Below, one piece after another: positions 1 through 9,670 of a DNA stretch of 64,000 bases (within the stretch, counting starts at the first letter, position 1; each line of letters begins with the position of its first letter). The notes under the pieces were generated by a model that did no database searches, was not told the origin of the DNA, and was given only the letters and a program-made list of their open reading frames with translations. Both the position numbers and the translations under genes were made by a program. Origin of the DNA: an uncultured Nitrososphaerales archaeon (GTDB taxonomy: Archaea; Thermoproteota; Nitrososphaeria; Nitrososphaerales; Gagatemarchaeaceae); assembly GCA_963706445.1 (NCBI GenBank), contig OY970160.1:96001-160000 (forward strand), in the 5' to 3' direction.

Positions 1-13
1 ATGGTCTCGAACT

Positions 14-874
14 TCATGCTTTTCCGTCCAGGAACCCCATGGCCTTTTCGTTGAAGAACTCTGGGTTCTCCATGTGGGGGAAGTGCCTGCTCCCGGGCAC
101 CATTAATCTCCTCGCTCCTGGTACCGTCTTCGTCACGAGCTCCCCAATCCTTCTCAGATAGAGTGCGCTTTGCTCCCCGTTGAGGACCAGGGTCGGACAT
201 GAAATCCTTGCCGCTTCCTTGGCCGTGAACGCAGGGAACTTCGTCTTCAGCTCCGCCACTGTCTTGGCGTTGTCCAACATCATCTTCCTTGTTTCCTCCG
301 GCAACCCACGGAACGCTCCCTTCAGGTCCTGGACACCATCGACGTTCAGCTCCACGGCTTTCTCCTTCTCTCCGTTCTCCAGGGCCTTCAGGGACGGCAC
401 CAGGCTCTGGGTCTGGAACTTCCTACCGGACAGGGCGACGGAGGGGCTTCTGAAGAGCAGCCCAAGCGCCTGGGCGCTGCTCGTCTGATCGGCGACCAGC
501 ATCGTCGAGATGGCAGGCTCCGCAAGCACGAGCGACCTCACCGAATCAGGGTGGTGAGCTGCTACGAGCGCTGAAATGAAACCTCCATAGGAGTGGCCCA
601 CAAGGTCGACCTTCCCGCCCCCGATTTTGTCTATGAACCCCTTCAAATCTACCGCATTGTTCTCCACCGTCGAGTCGCTGACGTCCCCCTCCCTCTTGTT
701 CGGCGCTGCATACCTCCGGCTGAGTGCGATCATCCTCCTCCCTTTCGAAAACGCGTCCCTCTGGGCCCCCCACGCCCTGTAGTCTGTGGGAATACCGTGG
801 ACGAACACCACTGGTGTCCCCTCCCCTCTCTCCTCATAGTAGATGGAGACGCCTCCGACATCGGCCGTTGGCAT
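14..874 (-). CDS. alpha/beta fold hydrolase
   Basis: VFVHG oxyanion motif, GHSYGG nucleophile elbow, C-terminal HFPHMENP catalytic His. Confidence 0.9.
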   Translation of the reverse strand: MPTADVGGVSIYYEERGEGTPVVFVHGIPTDYRAWGAQRDAFSKGRRMIALSRRYAAPNKREGDVSDSTVENNAVDLKGFIDKIGGGKVDLVGHSYGGFISALVAAHHPDSVRSLVLAEPAISTMLVADQTSSAQALGLLFRSPSVALSGRKFQTQSLVPSLKALENGEKEKAVELNVDGVQDLKGAFRGLPEETRKMMLDNAKTVAELKTKFPAFTAKEAARISCPTLVLNGEQSALYLRRIGELVTKTVPGARRLMVPGSRHFPHMENPEFFNEKAMGFLDGKA

Positions 875-915
875 ATGCCCGCCCCGTTCCTGGAGCTATA
901 TCTCCTTGTGCGGCC

Positions 916-1131
916 CTACTTCTTCCACGCCTGAGCGCGCTTGCAGAAGTCCTCGGCCTCGTCCACTGCCTTCTCGCACCGCTTGTAGTGGCGTATCACC
1001 TCCCTGAGAAGCTCCTCTATGGGGGTCGGAGCCCCCGGACACTCGGAGTCGAGCTGGGCCCTTATCTCCATCAGGGGCTGCCAGACATCGCTTGGAACCA
1101 CGACGGGTACTCCCTGTTTGCTCGAAGCCAT
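916..1131 (-). CDS. small hypothetical protein, possibly ribbon-helix-helix
   Basis: 71-aa ORF co-oriented with neighbours; strand VPVVV followed by two amphipathic helices. Confidence 0.5.
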   Translation of the reverse strand: MASSKQGVPVVVPSDVWQPLMEIRAQLDSECPGAPTPIEELLREVIRHYKRCEKAVDEAEDFCKRAQAWKK

Positions 1132-1185
1132 GGCCCTCCTAGGCCGAGGGTCGGTATTTTGAGTTGGCGGGAAGGAGACCAGGCT

Positions 1186-2262
1186 TCAGCCTATCAGAGA
1201 GGTGATGGAAGCAAAGGTGACCTGGTTGTTCTCGCCCACCGAGCTCCCGTCGAAGCCCCCGACACAGTAAACGTTCCCGGATAGGACGACGCAGGTCGTG
1301 CTCACGCTTATCGGGAAGCTGGTCGCCTGCTTCCATGTCCCGATCCCCCCGGAGGATACGGGGGCATAGTACACTGCATTGCTGAAGGAGGGGCTCGACG
1401 ACGTTTCTCCCCCGAGGCAGAGGATATCTCCTGAAGAAATCACGCACGCCTGACCCGTCCCTGCGACGGGGTATGTCGTAGTCGCGGTCCAGGGCCCCAC
1501 CCCCGAGGAAGACAGCGCAGCGAAGTAGATGGAGCCCAAGGAATTGTCGTTCGAGTCTGCCCCGCCGATGCAGTAGACGTATCCGCCGGCCGCGAAGCAT
1601 GTAGGGAAATAGACATCAGCCGGGTAAGCCGTGGTCTTGCTCCATGCGCCTATGCCCGTCGAGGACAGCGAAGCATACCAGACGGAGTTCGTAACTGTGG
1701 AGTCAGCCTGGGAGCCGTCGGTCTCGTTGTTCCCTCCGACGCAGTAGATGTAGGAGGAGGACGCCACGCACGACTGGCTGTCAACTGGGATGGGGTACGA
1801 GGTTGTGGAGCTCCAGTTGCCAAGGGAACCGCCGGCCGTCGCCACTGCGTAGTAACTTGCGGCCGTGTCGTCCCCGTTGTCGTTGTACGAGCCTCCCATA
1901 CAGTAGACGATCCCAGAGTTGGTGACGCACGCCTCGCCGTTGATGAATTGCGGGTAGGGATAGGAACTGGCCGTCCACCCGGTGATGTTCCCCGAGGAAG
2001 CCAGGACGGAGGAATAGACATCGTTGCGCGGGCCCGAGTTGGCGTCCTGTCCCCCGATGCAGTAGATCGTAGAGTTGATGCTGACGCACTGCTGTCCTGC
2101 TATCGCGTATGTCCCCCCGACTTGCACCGGATAGCCCGCGGCGCACTCCCAAGTCGAGTTGCAAGGCGGCGGAGGGGCTGTCAGGGCCGAAATGACGAAG
2201 ACTATGCCGAATATCACGACCACCACGACGACGGCGATGATGATAATCCTCGAGAGTTTCAA
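1186..2262 (-). CDS. membrane-anchored Kelch-like six-bladed beta-propeller
   Basis: N-terminal TM helix; six repeats of C-x8-C-hGG with spaced Trp residues. Confidence 0.8.
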   Translation of the reverse strand: MKLSRIIIIAVVVVVVIFGIVFVISALTAPPPPCNSTWECAAGYPVQVGGTYAIAGQQCVSINSTIYCIGGQDANSGPRNDVYSSVLASSGNITGWTASSYPYPQFINGEACVTNSGIVYCMGGSYNDNGDDTAASYYAVATAGGSLGNWSSTTSYPIPVDSQSCVASSSYIYCVGGNNETDGSQADSTVTNSVWYASLSSTGIGAWSKTTAYPADVYFPTCFAAGGYVYCIGGADSNDNSLGSIYFAALSSSGVGPWTATTTYPVAGTGQACVISSGDILCLGGETSSSPSFSNAVYYAPVSSGGIGTWKQATSFPISVSTTCVVLSGNVYCVGGFDGSSVGENNQVTFASITSLIG

Positions 2263-2287
2263 CTTCCCAACACTCTCCGATTCGGTC

Positions 2288-3352
2288 CTAGAGCCCTAGG
2301 CTGTTGATTACGTTGCCCGAGTTCGCGTCGAAGACGAGCACGATCTTCTTCCCCTTGTGGTCGTAGCGGGCGAACCATATGGGAACATGCAGCAGCTCGA
2401 CATCGCCAATATCGGAATCGGTCTGGAGCTTCTGTATCATGTGATACTTCGCGTGGGCTTTTTCTGATTGCAACTGGTCGACCAGGGTCTTCGCCTGCGC
2501 CTTTGAGGCGTCCTCTCCAATGTCCCCGTTGAGTACCTTGATGTTCTTGGGTATCTTGGACATGTCGAAGAGAGCCCTGCCTTCGAGGTCGAACTGATAG
2601 TCCCTGGGCTGGTACTCGGTCAGGGCCTTCAGGGCCACCACCGGGAAGTTGTAGTTCGCGTCCATCTGCTCCGTCTTCATCATCCCGCCTCCGTACCCCA
2701 TGCCCATCCCCCACATGGAGAACCAACTCCCCAGGAACAGGCCCGTAGGGAGCCGCGGGACGTTTGCTCCGCCGAAGGAGCGTCTCCTTCCTCCTCCGCC
2801 GAAGCCCCCTCCGCCTCCCATCCCTCCCAGAATCACGCCCATCAGGGCGGCGGTGGTGGCTGTCTGTCCCACCTGCGCGGCCATGTTAGTGGCTACGACA
2901 GTCGTCCGTGCAGAAACGCTCACAATCCAATACGGGACATATGACAGGTTCAACTCCTCCTGGGTCGAGTCCTCGTGGAGGTGCCTGTGCAGAAGTCCCT
3001 TGTCCATCAATGATGAGATCCTTTGGTTGACGTCGTCTACGCTCCCAAGCTTGACGGGGAGCATGGTCTGCTTCTGGATCCCAGTCCACCCCTGGTCACC
3101 GAGGGTCACGCTGCTGCCGCAGTATTCACAGGTGATGACCATTTCACCGAACTTCGGCGCGATGGGGGCTCCGCAGCTAGGGCATTTCACGGATGTGGCT
3201 CCCATAGGTGCGATGACAGTCTCGGGCTTTTGAGTGGAACCCGCGCCTGGCGCTCCGGCCGGCTGGCCGCCCATCTTCGTTCCACACTTGTAGCAGAAGC
3301 CAGCGTCGTCTGGGTTTTGGGCACCGCACTTTGGGCAGAACATGCTCAACAC
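2288..3352 (-). CDS. zinc-ribbon protein, YdjG-like
   Basis: CPKCG/CYKCG and CPSCG/CEYCG pairs, YVPYW and HVPIW motifs; directly downstream of SPFH gene. Confidence 0.7.
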   Translation of the reverse strand: MLSMFCPKCGAQNPDDAGFCYKCGTKMGGQPAGAPGAGSTQKPETVIAPMGATSVKCPSCGAPIAPKFGEMVITCEYCGSSVTLGDQGWTGIQKQTMLPVKLGSVDDVNQRISSLMDKGLLHRHLHEDSTQEELNLSYVPYWIVSVSARTTVVATNMAAQVGQTATTAALMGVILGGMGGGGGFGGGGRRRSFGGANVPRLPTGLFLGSWFSMWGMGMGYGGGMMKTEQMDANYNFPVVALKALTEYQPRDYQFDLEGRALFDMSKIPKNIKVLNGDIGEDASKAQAKTLVDQLQSEKAHAKYHMIQKLQTDSDIGDVELLHVPIWFARYDHKGKKIVLVFDANSGNVINSLGL

Positions 3353-4459
3353 CTACAGCTTCGTTCCGCAGTTGTTGCAGAACTTCGTCCCCGCCGTTAT
3401 GGGGCTTCCGCAGTTAGGACAGAACTTGCTTGAACCCGCAGGCGCAGGCGGACCCTCCGGCGCCGGGAAGTTGAAGCCGCAATTGGGGCAGAATTTTGCC
3501 GAGGCCGCCACGAGAGAGCCGCAGTTGGGGCAGCTTCTCTGGTTCATGCCCTGGCCCATCCCCTGCTGGGCCATCTGCCCGCCTATCACGCCTCCCACGC
3601 CTATACCCGCCCCGAGCCCCGCGAAGGTCCCGGCGCCCCCGGATGGGTTGTTCGCCGCATCGTCGATGGCCTTCCCCGTCTGGTACTGCATGAAGTTGAC
3701 CCCAAGGACCTGCATCTGGGACCTGGTGTCGATAGCTTTCTGGACTTCGTCAGGCAGGCTGATGGTGAGGCCGGATATCTTGTTGATCTCGATGCCGTAC
3801 TGCCCCAGGTTGTCCGGTCCCGTGGCCAGGACCTCCTGCTCGATGGTGGTCAGGCTGGCGGCCAGGTCGGTCACCTTGAGCCCCTGAGCCTTCATCTTGC
3901 CGAGGGCGTTGTATACAATGATGACCACCTGCTCCTTGATCCTCGACTCTACGTCGTCCGAAGATTCGGCTCCGAAGGTCCCCACGAACTGGTTGATGAA
4001 GAGCTCAGGGGAAGAGATCTTCCACCTGTACTCGCCGAAAATCCTGAGGTTCACAATGCCGAAGGTCGGGTCGGTGAATTGGTACGGCTGGGAGCTCCCG
4101 AACTTCCCATCAAGGTATCGCTTCGGTAGGTAGTAGACCTCTGCCCACTGGGTGACCCCAGTGAAGAACTTCAGTAGGTTCCCTACGATGGGGGCGTTGA
4201 AGTCAGTCAGGGCATACCTGTTCGGCTGGTCGAAGTAGGTGAGCGCCTTCCCGTCCCTGTAGAACACGGCGATCTCGTCCTCCCTGACGACGATGTTGTC
4301 GTTGAGCCTGATCTGCCTCGGCGCCTTCCAGAGGACGTTGAATACTCCCGGAGCTGGCTGCTTGTCCTTGTCGTCCCAGGCAAAGGTCGTCGAACCGAAG
4401 GCGCTGCCTCCAGTCGCCGGGACCGCGTCGCCTTTCTTTCCAAATACCATCTCAATCAC
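3353..4459 (-). CDS. SPFH/band-7 protein (YdjI-like) with C-terminal double zinc ribbon
   Basis: IVVREDEIAVFYRDG, D..FG.V.LR.FG.Y, ISLPDEVQKAID; repeated CPNCG motifs. Confidence 0.88.
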   Translation of the reverse strand: MIEMVFGKKGDAVPATGGSAFGSTTFAWDDKDKQPAPGVFNVLWKAPRQIRLNDNIVVREDEIAVFYRDGKALTYFDQPNRYALTDFNAPIVGNLLKFFTGVTQWAEVYYLPKRYLDGKFGSSQPYQFTDPTFGIVNLRIFGEYRWKISSPELFINQFVGTFGAESSDDVESRIKEQVVIIVYNALGKMKAQGLKVTDLAASLTTIEQEVLATGPDNLGQYGIEINKISGLTISLPDEVQKAIDTRSQMQVLGVNFMQYQTGKAIDDAANNPSGGAGTFAGLGAGIGVGGVIGGQMAQQGMGQGMNQRSCPNCGSLVAASAKFCPNCGFNFPAPEGPPAPAGSSKFCPNCGSPITAGTKFCNNCGTKL

Positions 4460-5037
4460 TGCCCGAGGGCTATGCCCTCTATTGCCTCCATCCTCTGGGA
4501 GAACTTCACCCTGATGTCCGCCACAGACCTTGTCAAGCCGGTCAGCGCCGCTTGTATCGCATTGGGAGCGGTGCTGTCGTAGGTGAGCTTCCCCGGGGAC
4601 GTGGCATCATCCAGCTGGAACACAGCGGTCACGAACGAATAATCGTAATCGTATAGCTTGTTCAGTTTGTCTTCGTTTATCTGGATCGGGGCGACCCACC
4701 CTGAGTATCCCTGAGCTGCGTGCCTGATTTCACCGCTAAGCGTCTGGACCTGGGCCATCAGGGAGCCAACGCTGGTGATGTTTGTCACATCGTTCCCCAT
4801 GGCCATCTGCTTCCTTACCTGCTGCAGGTTGTCCTTCACGTGGTCGAGCTTGTCCGCCACCTGGTTCCTCAGCAGCGAGTCGGAGACCCTGATGTCTTCC
4901 TTGCTCCTGTACCCTCTCAGGCCGGGTATGAGGAGCTCGAGCTTCTTCGCAATCCCCCTGTTGTCGTCCACCTGCTGCCTGATGTCTGGGTTACCCTGGG
5001 ACAAGACCTTACGAGAACCAAGCCCCGTGCGCACCAT
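4456..5037 (-). CDS. helical hypothetical protein, first gene of SPFH operon
   Basis: IPGLRGY...DSLLR, AAQGYSGW and LYDYD segments; 4-bp overlap with SPFH gene. Confidence 0.7.
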   Translation of the reverse strand: MVRTGLGSRKVLSQGNPDIRQQVDDNRGIAKKLELLIPGLRGYRSKEDIRVSDSLLRNQVADKLDHVKDNLQQVRKQMAMGNDVTNITSVGSLMAQVQTLSGEIRHAAQGYSGWVAPIQINEDKLNKLYDYDYSFVTAVFQLDDATSPGKLTYDSTAPNAIQAALTGLTRSVADIRVKFSQRMEAIEGIALGQ

Positions 5038-5086
5038 AATAAGTTTTGGTAACGTTTATCGAGCATGAGAAACGTCTCATCTCACA

Positions 5087-5890
5087 TTGGACCTTGAGAA
5101 GCTCCGCATAGGGTGTAGCGGGTGGTCCTACAAGGACTGGCAAGGGATATTCTACCCAAAGGGGCTGGTCGCCAAGGACTATCTGAACTATTACGCCAAG
5201 GTCTTTAACGCCGTCGAGATCGATTCCAGCTTCTACAGGGTCCCCAACCAGTTCATGATAACCCAATGGAAAAACAACACTCCCGATGGGTTCCTCTTCT
5301 CCCCCAAGCTCCCCAAGAAGATCACCCACGAGAACAAGCTGAAGAACTCTGAGTCCAACCTCGTCTACTTCTACAGCGTCCTGAGCAAGCTGAAAGAAAA
5401 GCTGGGCCCCATAGCCATCCAGCTCCCCCCGTCTGTAAAGCTGAGCACCCACGAGGAGATCATGAAAGAGTTCATCTCCCAGCTCAGCCCCGAGTTCAAG
5501 CACGCCATAGAGTTCCGCCACAAATCCTGGTTCACCCCTGAGACCTACTCCCTCCTGAAGAAGAACAACATAGCGATGATCTGGTCCCTGAACCAGTACG
5601 TAGAGACCCCTCCGGAGGTCACCGCGGACTTCGTCTACCTGAGGATGGTCGGGGACAGGGAGATCACCCAGTTCACCGGGGTCCAGAAGGACCGGTCGTC
5701 CGACATGAAACGGTGGGCCACATCAGTCAAGGACAGCGCGAACAAGTTTGAATCGGGGTACGTCTTCTTCAACAACCACTTCGCTGGTTTCAGCCCGGAG
5801 TCCGCCAACGAGTTCAGGAGGCTCCTCGGGCTGATGGAGCTCGACTGGAAGGCCCAGGGGACCGAGCAGCAGACGCTCTTCGGGACGTAG
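5087..5890 (+). CDS. DUF72 (YecE) family protein
   Basis: IGCSGWSY, VEIDSSFYR, QLPPS, AIEFRH, FFNNH motifs. Confidence 0.92.
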   Translation: MDLEKLRIGCSGWSYKDWQGIFYPKGLVAKDYLNYYAKVFNAVEIDSSFYRVPNQFMITQWKNNTPDGFLFSPKLPKKITHENKLKNSESNLVYFYSVLSKLKEKLGPIAIQLPPSVKLSTHEEIMKEFISQLSPEFKHAIEFRHKSWFTPETYSLLKKNNIAMIWSLNQYVETPPEVTADFVYLRMVGDREITQFTGVQKDRSSDMKRWATSVKDSANKFESGYVFFNNHFAGFSPESANEFRRLLGLMELDWKAQGTEQQTLFGT

Positions 5891-5897
5891 CTGACAG

Positions 5898-6986
5898 ATG
5901 CAGGCTGAACGCAGGACGATCCTTCACGTGGACCTCGATGCCTTCTATGTGTCAGCCGAAGTGACGGAGCACCCAGAGCTCAAAGGGCTCCCGGTGGCCG
6001 TGGGGGCAGACCCTGAAGGCGGGAAAGGAAGGGGAGTGGTGATTGCCTGTTCCTACGAAGCAAGGAAGTTCGGCCTAAAGTCGGGGATGCCGATCTCCCT
6101 GGCCTACAGGCTCTGCCCCCAGGCGAAATACATCCCTCCGAGCTGGGGTCTCTACGAACGGGTCTCCGAGGAGGTAATGGCCACCCTCAGGGGTTTCGCC
6201 GACAGGTTCGAACAGGGGAGCATCGACGAAGCTTTCCTCGACGTGACAAGCAGAGCAAAGGATGAGAAGTCCGCGGAGACAGTCGCCATTCAGGTCAAAG
6301 ACGCAATCAGAGAAAGGCACCACCTGACCTGCTCCATTGGGGTCGGCCCCAACAAGTCGTCCGCGAAGATTGCGTCTGACCGGAAGAAGCCCGACGGCCT
6401 TACGGTAGTCCCCTTCAACGGCGTCTCCGGGTTCCTGGCGCCTCTCCCTGTCGGGGTGGTCCCCGGCATAGGGCGGAAGACGGGGGATTTCCTGGCGGAG
6501 AAGGGCATCACCACCATCGACCAGCTCCAGAAGCTCGAGGGCAAGCAGCTCATGTCTTGGTTCGGCAAGAACGGCGTATGGCTCTGGGGGGTTATCCACG
6601 GCCAGGAGAACGTCGAGGTCAGGCAGCAGGAAATGCCGAAGTCCCTCAGCGTGGAACGGACGTTCAAGGACGACGTGAAAGACTTTCGTGAAGTCAGGAG
6701 GGAGGCCGCAGACGGCGCCTCTGAGCTCATGAGGAGGGTGAAGTCGGCGGGCTACTCCTACAAGGTCGCTGGGATCAAGATACGGTTCCGGGGGTTCGAG
6801 ACGCACACTCGAGAGAAGACCCTCGTCAGCCACACCGACAGCGAAGGGCCTCTTCTGGAGACGGTCGAAAGGCTACTGGACGAGTTCGAATCTAAGGGCA
6901 AGCCCATCAGGCTGGTCGGCATCCGGGTGGCCGACATCAAACGTACCACGTCGGGGCCCTCCAGGCTGGACGACTGGGCTGCCTAA
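5898..6986 (+). CDS. dinB: Y-family DNA polymerase IV
   Basis: HVDLDAFY, SYEARKFG, SIDEAFLD, KIASDRKKPDG. Confidence 0.95.
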   Translation: MQAERRTILHVDLDAFYVSAEVTEHPELKGLPVAVGADPEGGKGRGVVIACSYEARKFGLKSGMPISLAYRLCPQAKYIPPSWGLYERVSEEVMATLRGFADRFEQGSIDEAFLDVTSRAKDEKSAETVAIQVKDAIRERHHLTCSIGVGPNKSSAKIASDRKKPDGLTVVPFNGVSGFLAPLPVGVVPGIGRKTGDFLAEKGITTIDQLQKLEGKQLMSWFGKNGVWLWGVIHGQENVEVRQQEMPKSLSVERTFKDDVKDFREVRREAADGASELMRRVKSAGYSYKVAGIKIRFRGFETHTREKTLVSHTDSEGPLLETVERLLDEFESKGKPIRLVGIRVADIKRTTSGPSRLDDWAA

Positions 6987-6997
6987 ACATCCCCTTT

Positions 6998-7567
6998 GTG
7001 TTTGGAATTGTCGGGGTAAACACTAAGGAAGCGCCCGAACAGACACGCTTGCCGATGCGGCCAATCTACGGCGTGTCCCTAGAGGTCGGAGCCTTTGTCT
7101 TGTTGATACTCTTCAGACTGGCCGTCCCAGGCGGGCTCCTGTTCGGCATCTACGTGGTGATCGCAGAGCTCATGTCGACCTACCTCTTGCACTGTCCAGG
7201 CCACTACATCGTGGGGTCGACAGTGGGTATCAGGTTCAGAAGCATGGGCCTAGGGCGGACGACCCTCGCCAGAGTACTTCCCCCGTGGGCGGCTGGACTC
7301 GCCAAGGCCTTCCCTGTCCTGACCCTCAGGACCAACAAGAAGACGCTGGCAGCGGCATCAAGGACCAAGGCGGCCGCGATGTATGCTTCAGGGACAGTGG
7401 CCTCTGTCGCCTCCGCTTTCGTGATAGCGGCAGTCTCGACCCTCGTCGAGCCTTTCACTTATTCAGCGGTTGCCTGGATTGTAGCAATCGGGTACCTGGC
7501 CTTCGACGTCGTCTTTTCTCCGAGAAGCGGCGACCTGATGAGGGCCAGGGCAGCCCTACGACCCTGA
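6998..7567 (+). CDS. membrane protein, peptidase M50-like with degenerate HExxH (HCPGH)
   Basis: several TM segments, LLHCPGHY, ASG and C-terminal SGD; start uncertain. Confidence 0.5.
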   Translation: MFGIVGVNTKEAPEQTRLPMRPIYGVSLEVGAFVLLILFRLAVPGGLLFGIYVVIAELMSTYLLHCPGHYIVGSTVGIRFRSMGLGRTTLARVLPPWAAGLAKAFPVLTLRTNKKTLAAASRTKAAAMYASGTVASVASAFVIAAVSTLVEPFTYSAVAWIVAIGYLAFDVVFSPRSGDLMRARAALRP

Positions 7568-8740
7568 CTTTCCCCTGAATCTGTCCACCCCCAGGAAGCC
7601 AAGGCCGAACCCTGGTTTCTTGTCCGTGGCCAGGTCTGCCCCCACCTCGCCGAGGACGCTCGCGAACTTGAACCCGTGGCCACTGCAGGCGCTCACCACT
7701 ACGACCCTCGGGTCATCCGGGTGCAGACCGACGGCGAAGTTCAGGTCAGGGGTGTTCGAGTAGAGGCACGTGGTGGAGGCGATAGGCTTCCCATCAAGTC
7801 CTTTGACCCTCCGCGACATGAACTCCCTAACGGGCTTGACGTCTTCCTCGGTGACCTCCCTCTTCACATCGTCTGGGCCCGAAATCTCTCCCCCATGGGT
7901 GCGAGCCACCTTCACTCCATGGCCGACGTCGGGGACTCCATAGTAGAAGATCCCCTTGGACTCTTCCATGATGAATACGGGCATCTTGGGAGGCGCGTAG
8001 ACATCTCGGCCTCCTGAAGAGAACCAGAGTGGCACCTGCCGCTCGATCTGGAGGGGAACAAGACCTCGAAGCAGCTGGCCGTTCCACGGGCCGCCGCAAA
8101 CCACGAGCTTCTCGGCCACCTGCGTCCCCGCTGAGGTCTCGACCTGTACCCCCTCTGCGCCCGCCTTCCAACCCTTCACCTGCTCGGAGAACCTGAACTC
8201 GCATCCCGCTTCGCTCCCGAGGCCCACGAACGCCCTCACGCAATCCTCTGCGAACAGAACCCCGGCGCTTTTCTCGTAGACGGCAGAGAACTCCTCCCCC
8301 AGTGTCAGGGCAGGGAACCGCGCCGTCGCATCCGATGACGAGAGCTCCTCCACTTCGAGTCCATGAGCCCTCGCGCTTTTCATCACCCCAGGGACGAGCT
8401 CCCCGTCCATCCCGCCAACCATCAGCCCTCCAGTGATCTGCATGAGCTTCTTCCCTGACTTCGACTCGACCTCCCGCCAGGACTCGTAGGCCCTCCGCAG
8501 GAGGGGGACGTACCGGGGGTCCTCGTAGTAGGCGAGCCTGATGATCCTTGTCTTCCCATGGGACGAGCCGAACTTGTGGTTGACCCCGAACCTCTCAAGG
8601 TTTAGCACCCTTAGTCCCCTTCTTGCAAGGTTGTAGCTGACTGACGCGCCCATCACTCCACACCCGATCACAATCGCATCCCATCGCTTCCTGCTGACGG
8701 GCCCCTGCCCCGGCGGCCTGACAGTCTGGCTAATCGACAA
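7556..8740 (-). CDS. solA: N-methyl-L-tryptophan/monomeric sarcosine oxidase
   Basis: GCGVMG FAD motif, GSSHGKTRIIR, CLYSNTPD, SGHGFKF. Confidence 0.88.
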   Translation of the reverse strand: MSISQTVRPPGQGPVSRKRWDAIVIGCGVMGASVSYNLARRGLRVLNLERFGVNHKFGSSHGKTRIIRLAYYEDPRYVPLLRRAYESWREVESKSGKKLMQITGGLMVGGMDGELVPGVMKSARAHGLEVEELSSSDATARFPALTLGEEFSAVYEKSAGVLFAEDCVRAFVGLGSEAGCEFRFSEQVKGWKAGAEGVQVETSAGTQVAEKLVVCGGPWNGQLLRGLVPLQIERQVPLWFSSGGRDVYAPPKMPVFIMEESKGIFYYGVPDVGHGVKVARTHGGEISGPDDVKREVTEEDVKPVREFMSRRVKGLDGKPIASTTCLYSNTPDLNFAVGLHPDDPRVVVVSACSGHGFKFASVLGEVGADLATDKKPGFGLGFLGVDRFRGKSGS

Positions 8741-9566
8741 GTCTCTCTCGGGCCATCCTCAACCTTCCCTCCAACCATGGCATGGCGTCTGTGATAAATG
8801 ACGGGCCGTGATGTGTGAGGAAATCCAGGGGGCCGGGGGTCAGGTACAGGTTTCCACGCTTGACGGCCCGGAGGCCTTGCCACCCCCTCGAGTCGACAAG
8901 GCTCGCGAGCCTGCCTTCGTCGAAGGCTGCGAACATCTTCGGCTCATGGATTATGACATCAGGATTCGCCGTAGCCACCTGCTGGAGGTCAGGGGTCAGC
9001 CACTCGGCTCTCTCCTGCTCGAAGATCGTGGAGCACCCGAGCAGCCTGAACGCAGCTGTAATGTAGCTGCAGGAACCAAAAGTCACCGGCCCACCGAGGT
9101 CTATCTCGACGTACCCGCTAAGCTTCAGGCCTTCTTCGAAGCTCCCTAGCCTCCTCAGGAGCGCACCCGCCAGTCGCCTCCCTTCCTCTGTGGCTCCGGC
9201 GACCAACCCCACCTTCACCACGAAATCTACTATTCCCGCGGCCGTAAGGGGGAGCTCCAGCGGATAGACCGGGTACTTCTTGGACAGCCTGAGCGCGAAA
9301 TCCCGCTGATATCCTGTCACTGTGATTATCAGGACGGGCTTCAGCTCGTCCAGCACCTCGTCCCTGACGGTGTTGTAGCTTCCAAGCCGTCTCTTCTTCT
9401 TGGCCTCCTCGGGCCGGGCACAGAAGGCGCTCACTCCGGCTATCCTTTCCCCCACCCCGATCTGGGTGAGCGTCTCTGTCGCGGCCGGGCTGAAGCTGAC
9501 TATCCGGCTGGGTGAGTCAGGGACTTCTACAGACGCGCCGAGGACCTCGTTGAAGAGTCGTCCCAA
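8730..9566 (-). CDS. helical-backbone substrate-binding protein (BtuF/cobalamin-iron type)
   Basis: PSRIVSFSPAATE, NPDVII, AVKRGN..HGPS; no signal peptide evident. Confidence 0.8.
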   Translation of the reverse strand: MGRLFNEVLGASVEVPDSPSRIVSFSPAATETLTQIGVGERIAGVSAFCARPEEAKKKRRLGSYNTVRDEVLDELKPVLIITVTGYQRDFALRLSKKYPVYPLELPLTAAGIVDFVVKVGLVAGATEEGRRLAGALLRRLGSFEEGLKLSGYVEIDLGGPVTFGSCSYITAAFRLLGCSTIFEQERAEWLTPDLQQVATANPDVIIHEPKMFAAFDEGRLASLVDSRGWQGLRAVKRGNLYLTPGPLDFLTHHGPSFITDAMPWLEGRLRMARERLVD

Positions 9567-9670
9567 CGGGCCGGGACGTTATTGCCTGCGCGATATGCGT
9601 TGCTAGTTGGCCTTCACCTCGGGTTATAACTAATGTTAAATAATCAAACCACACTCCCCCATCCGAGCAC

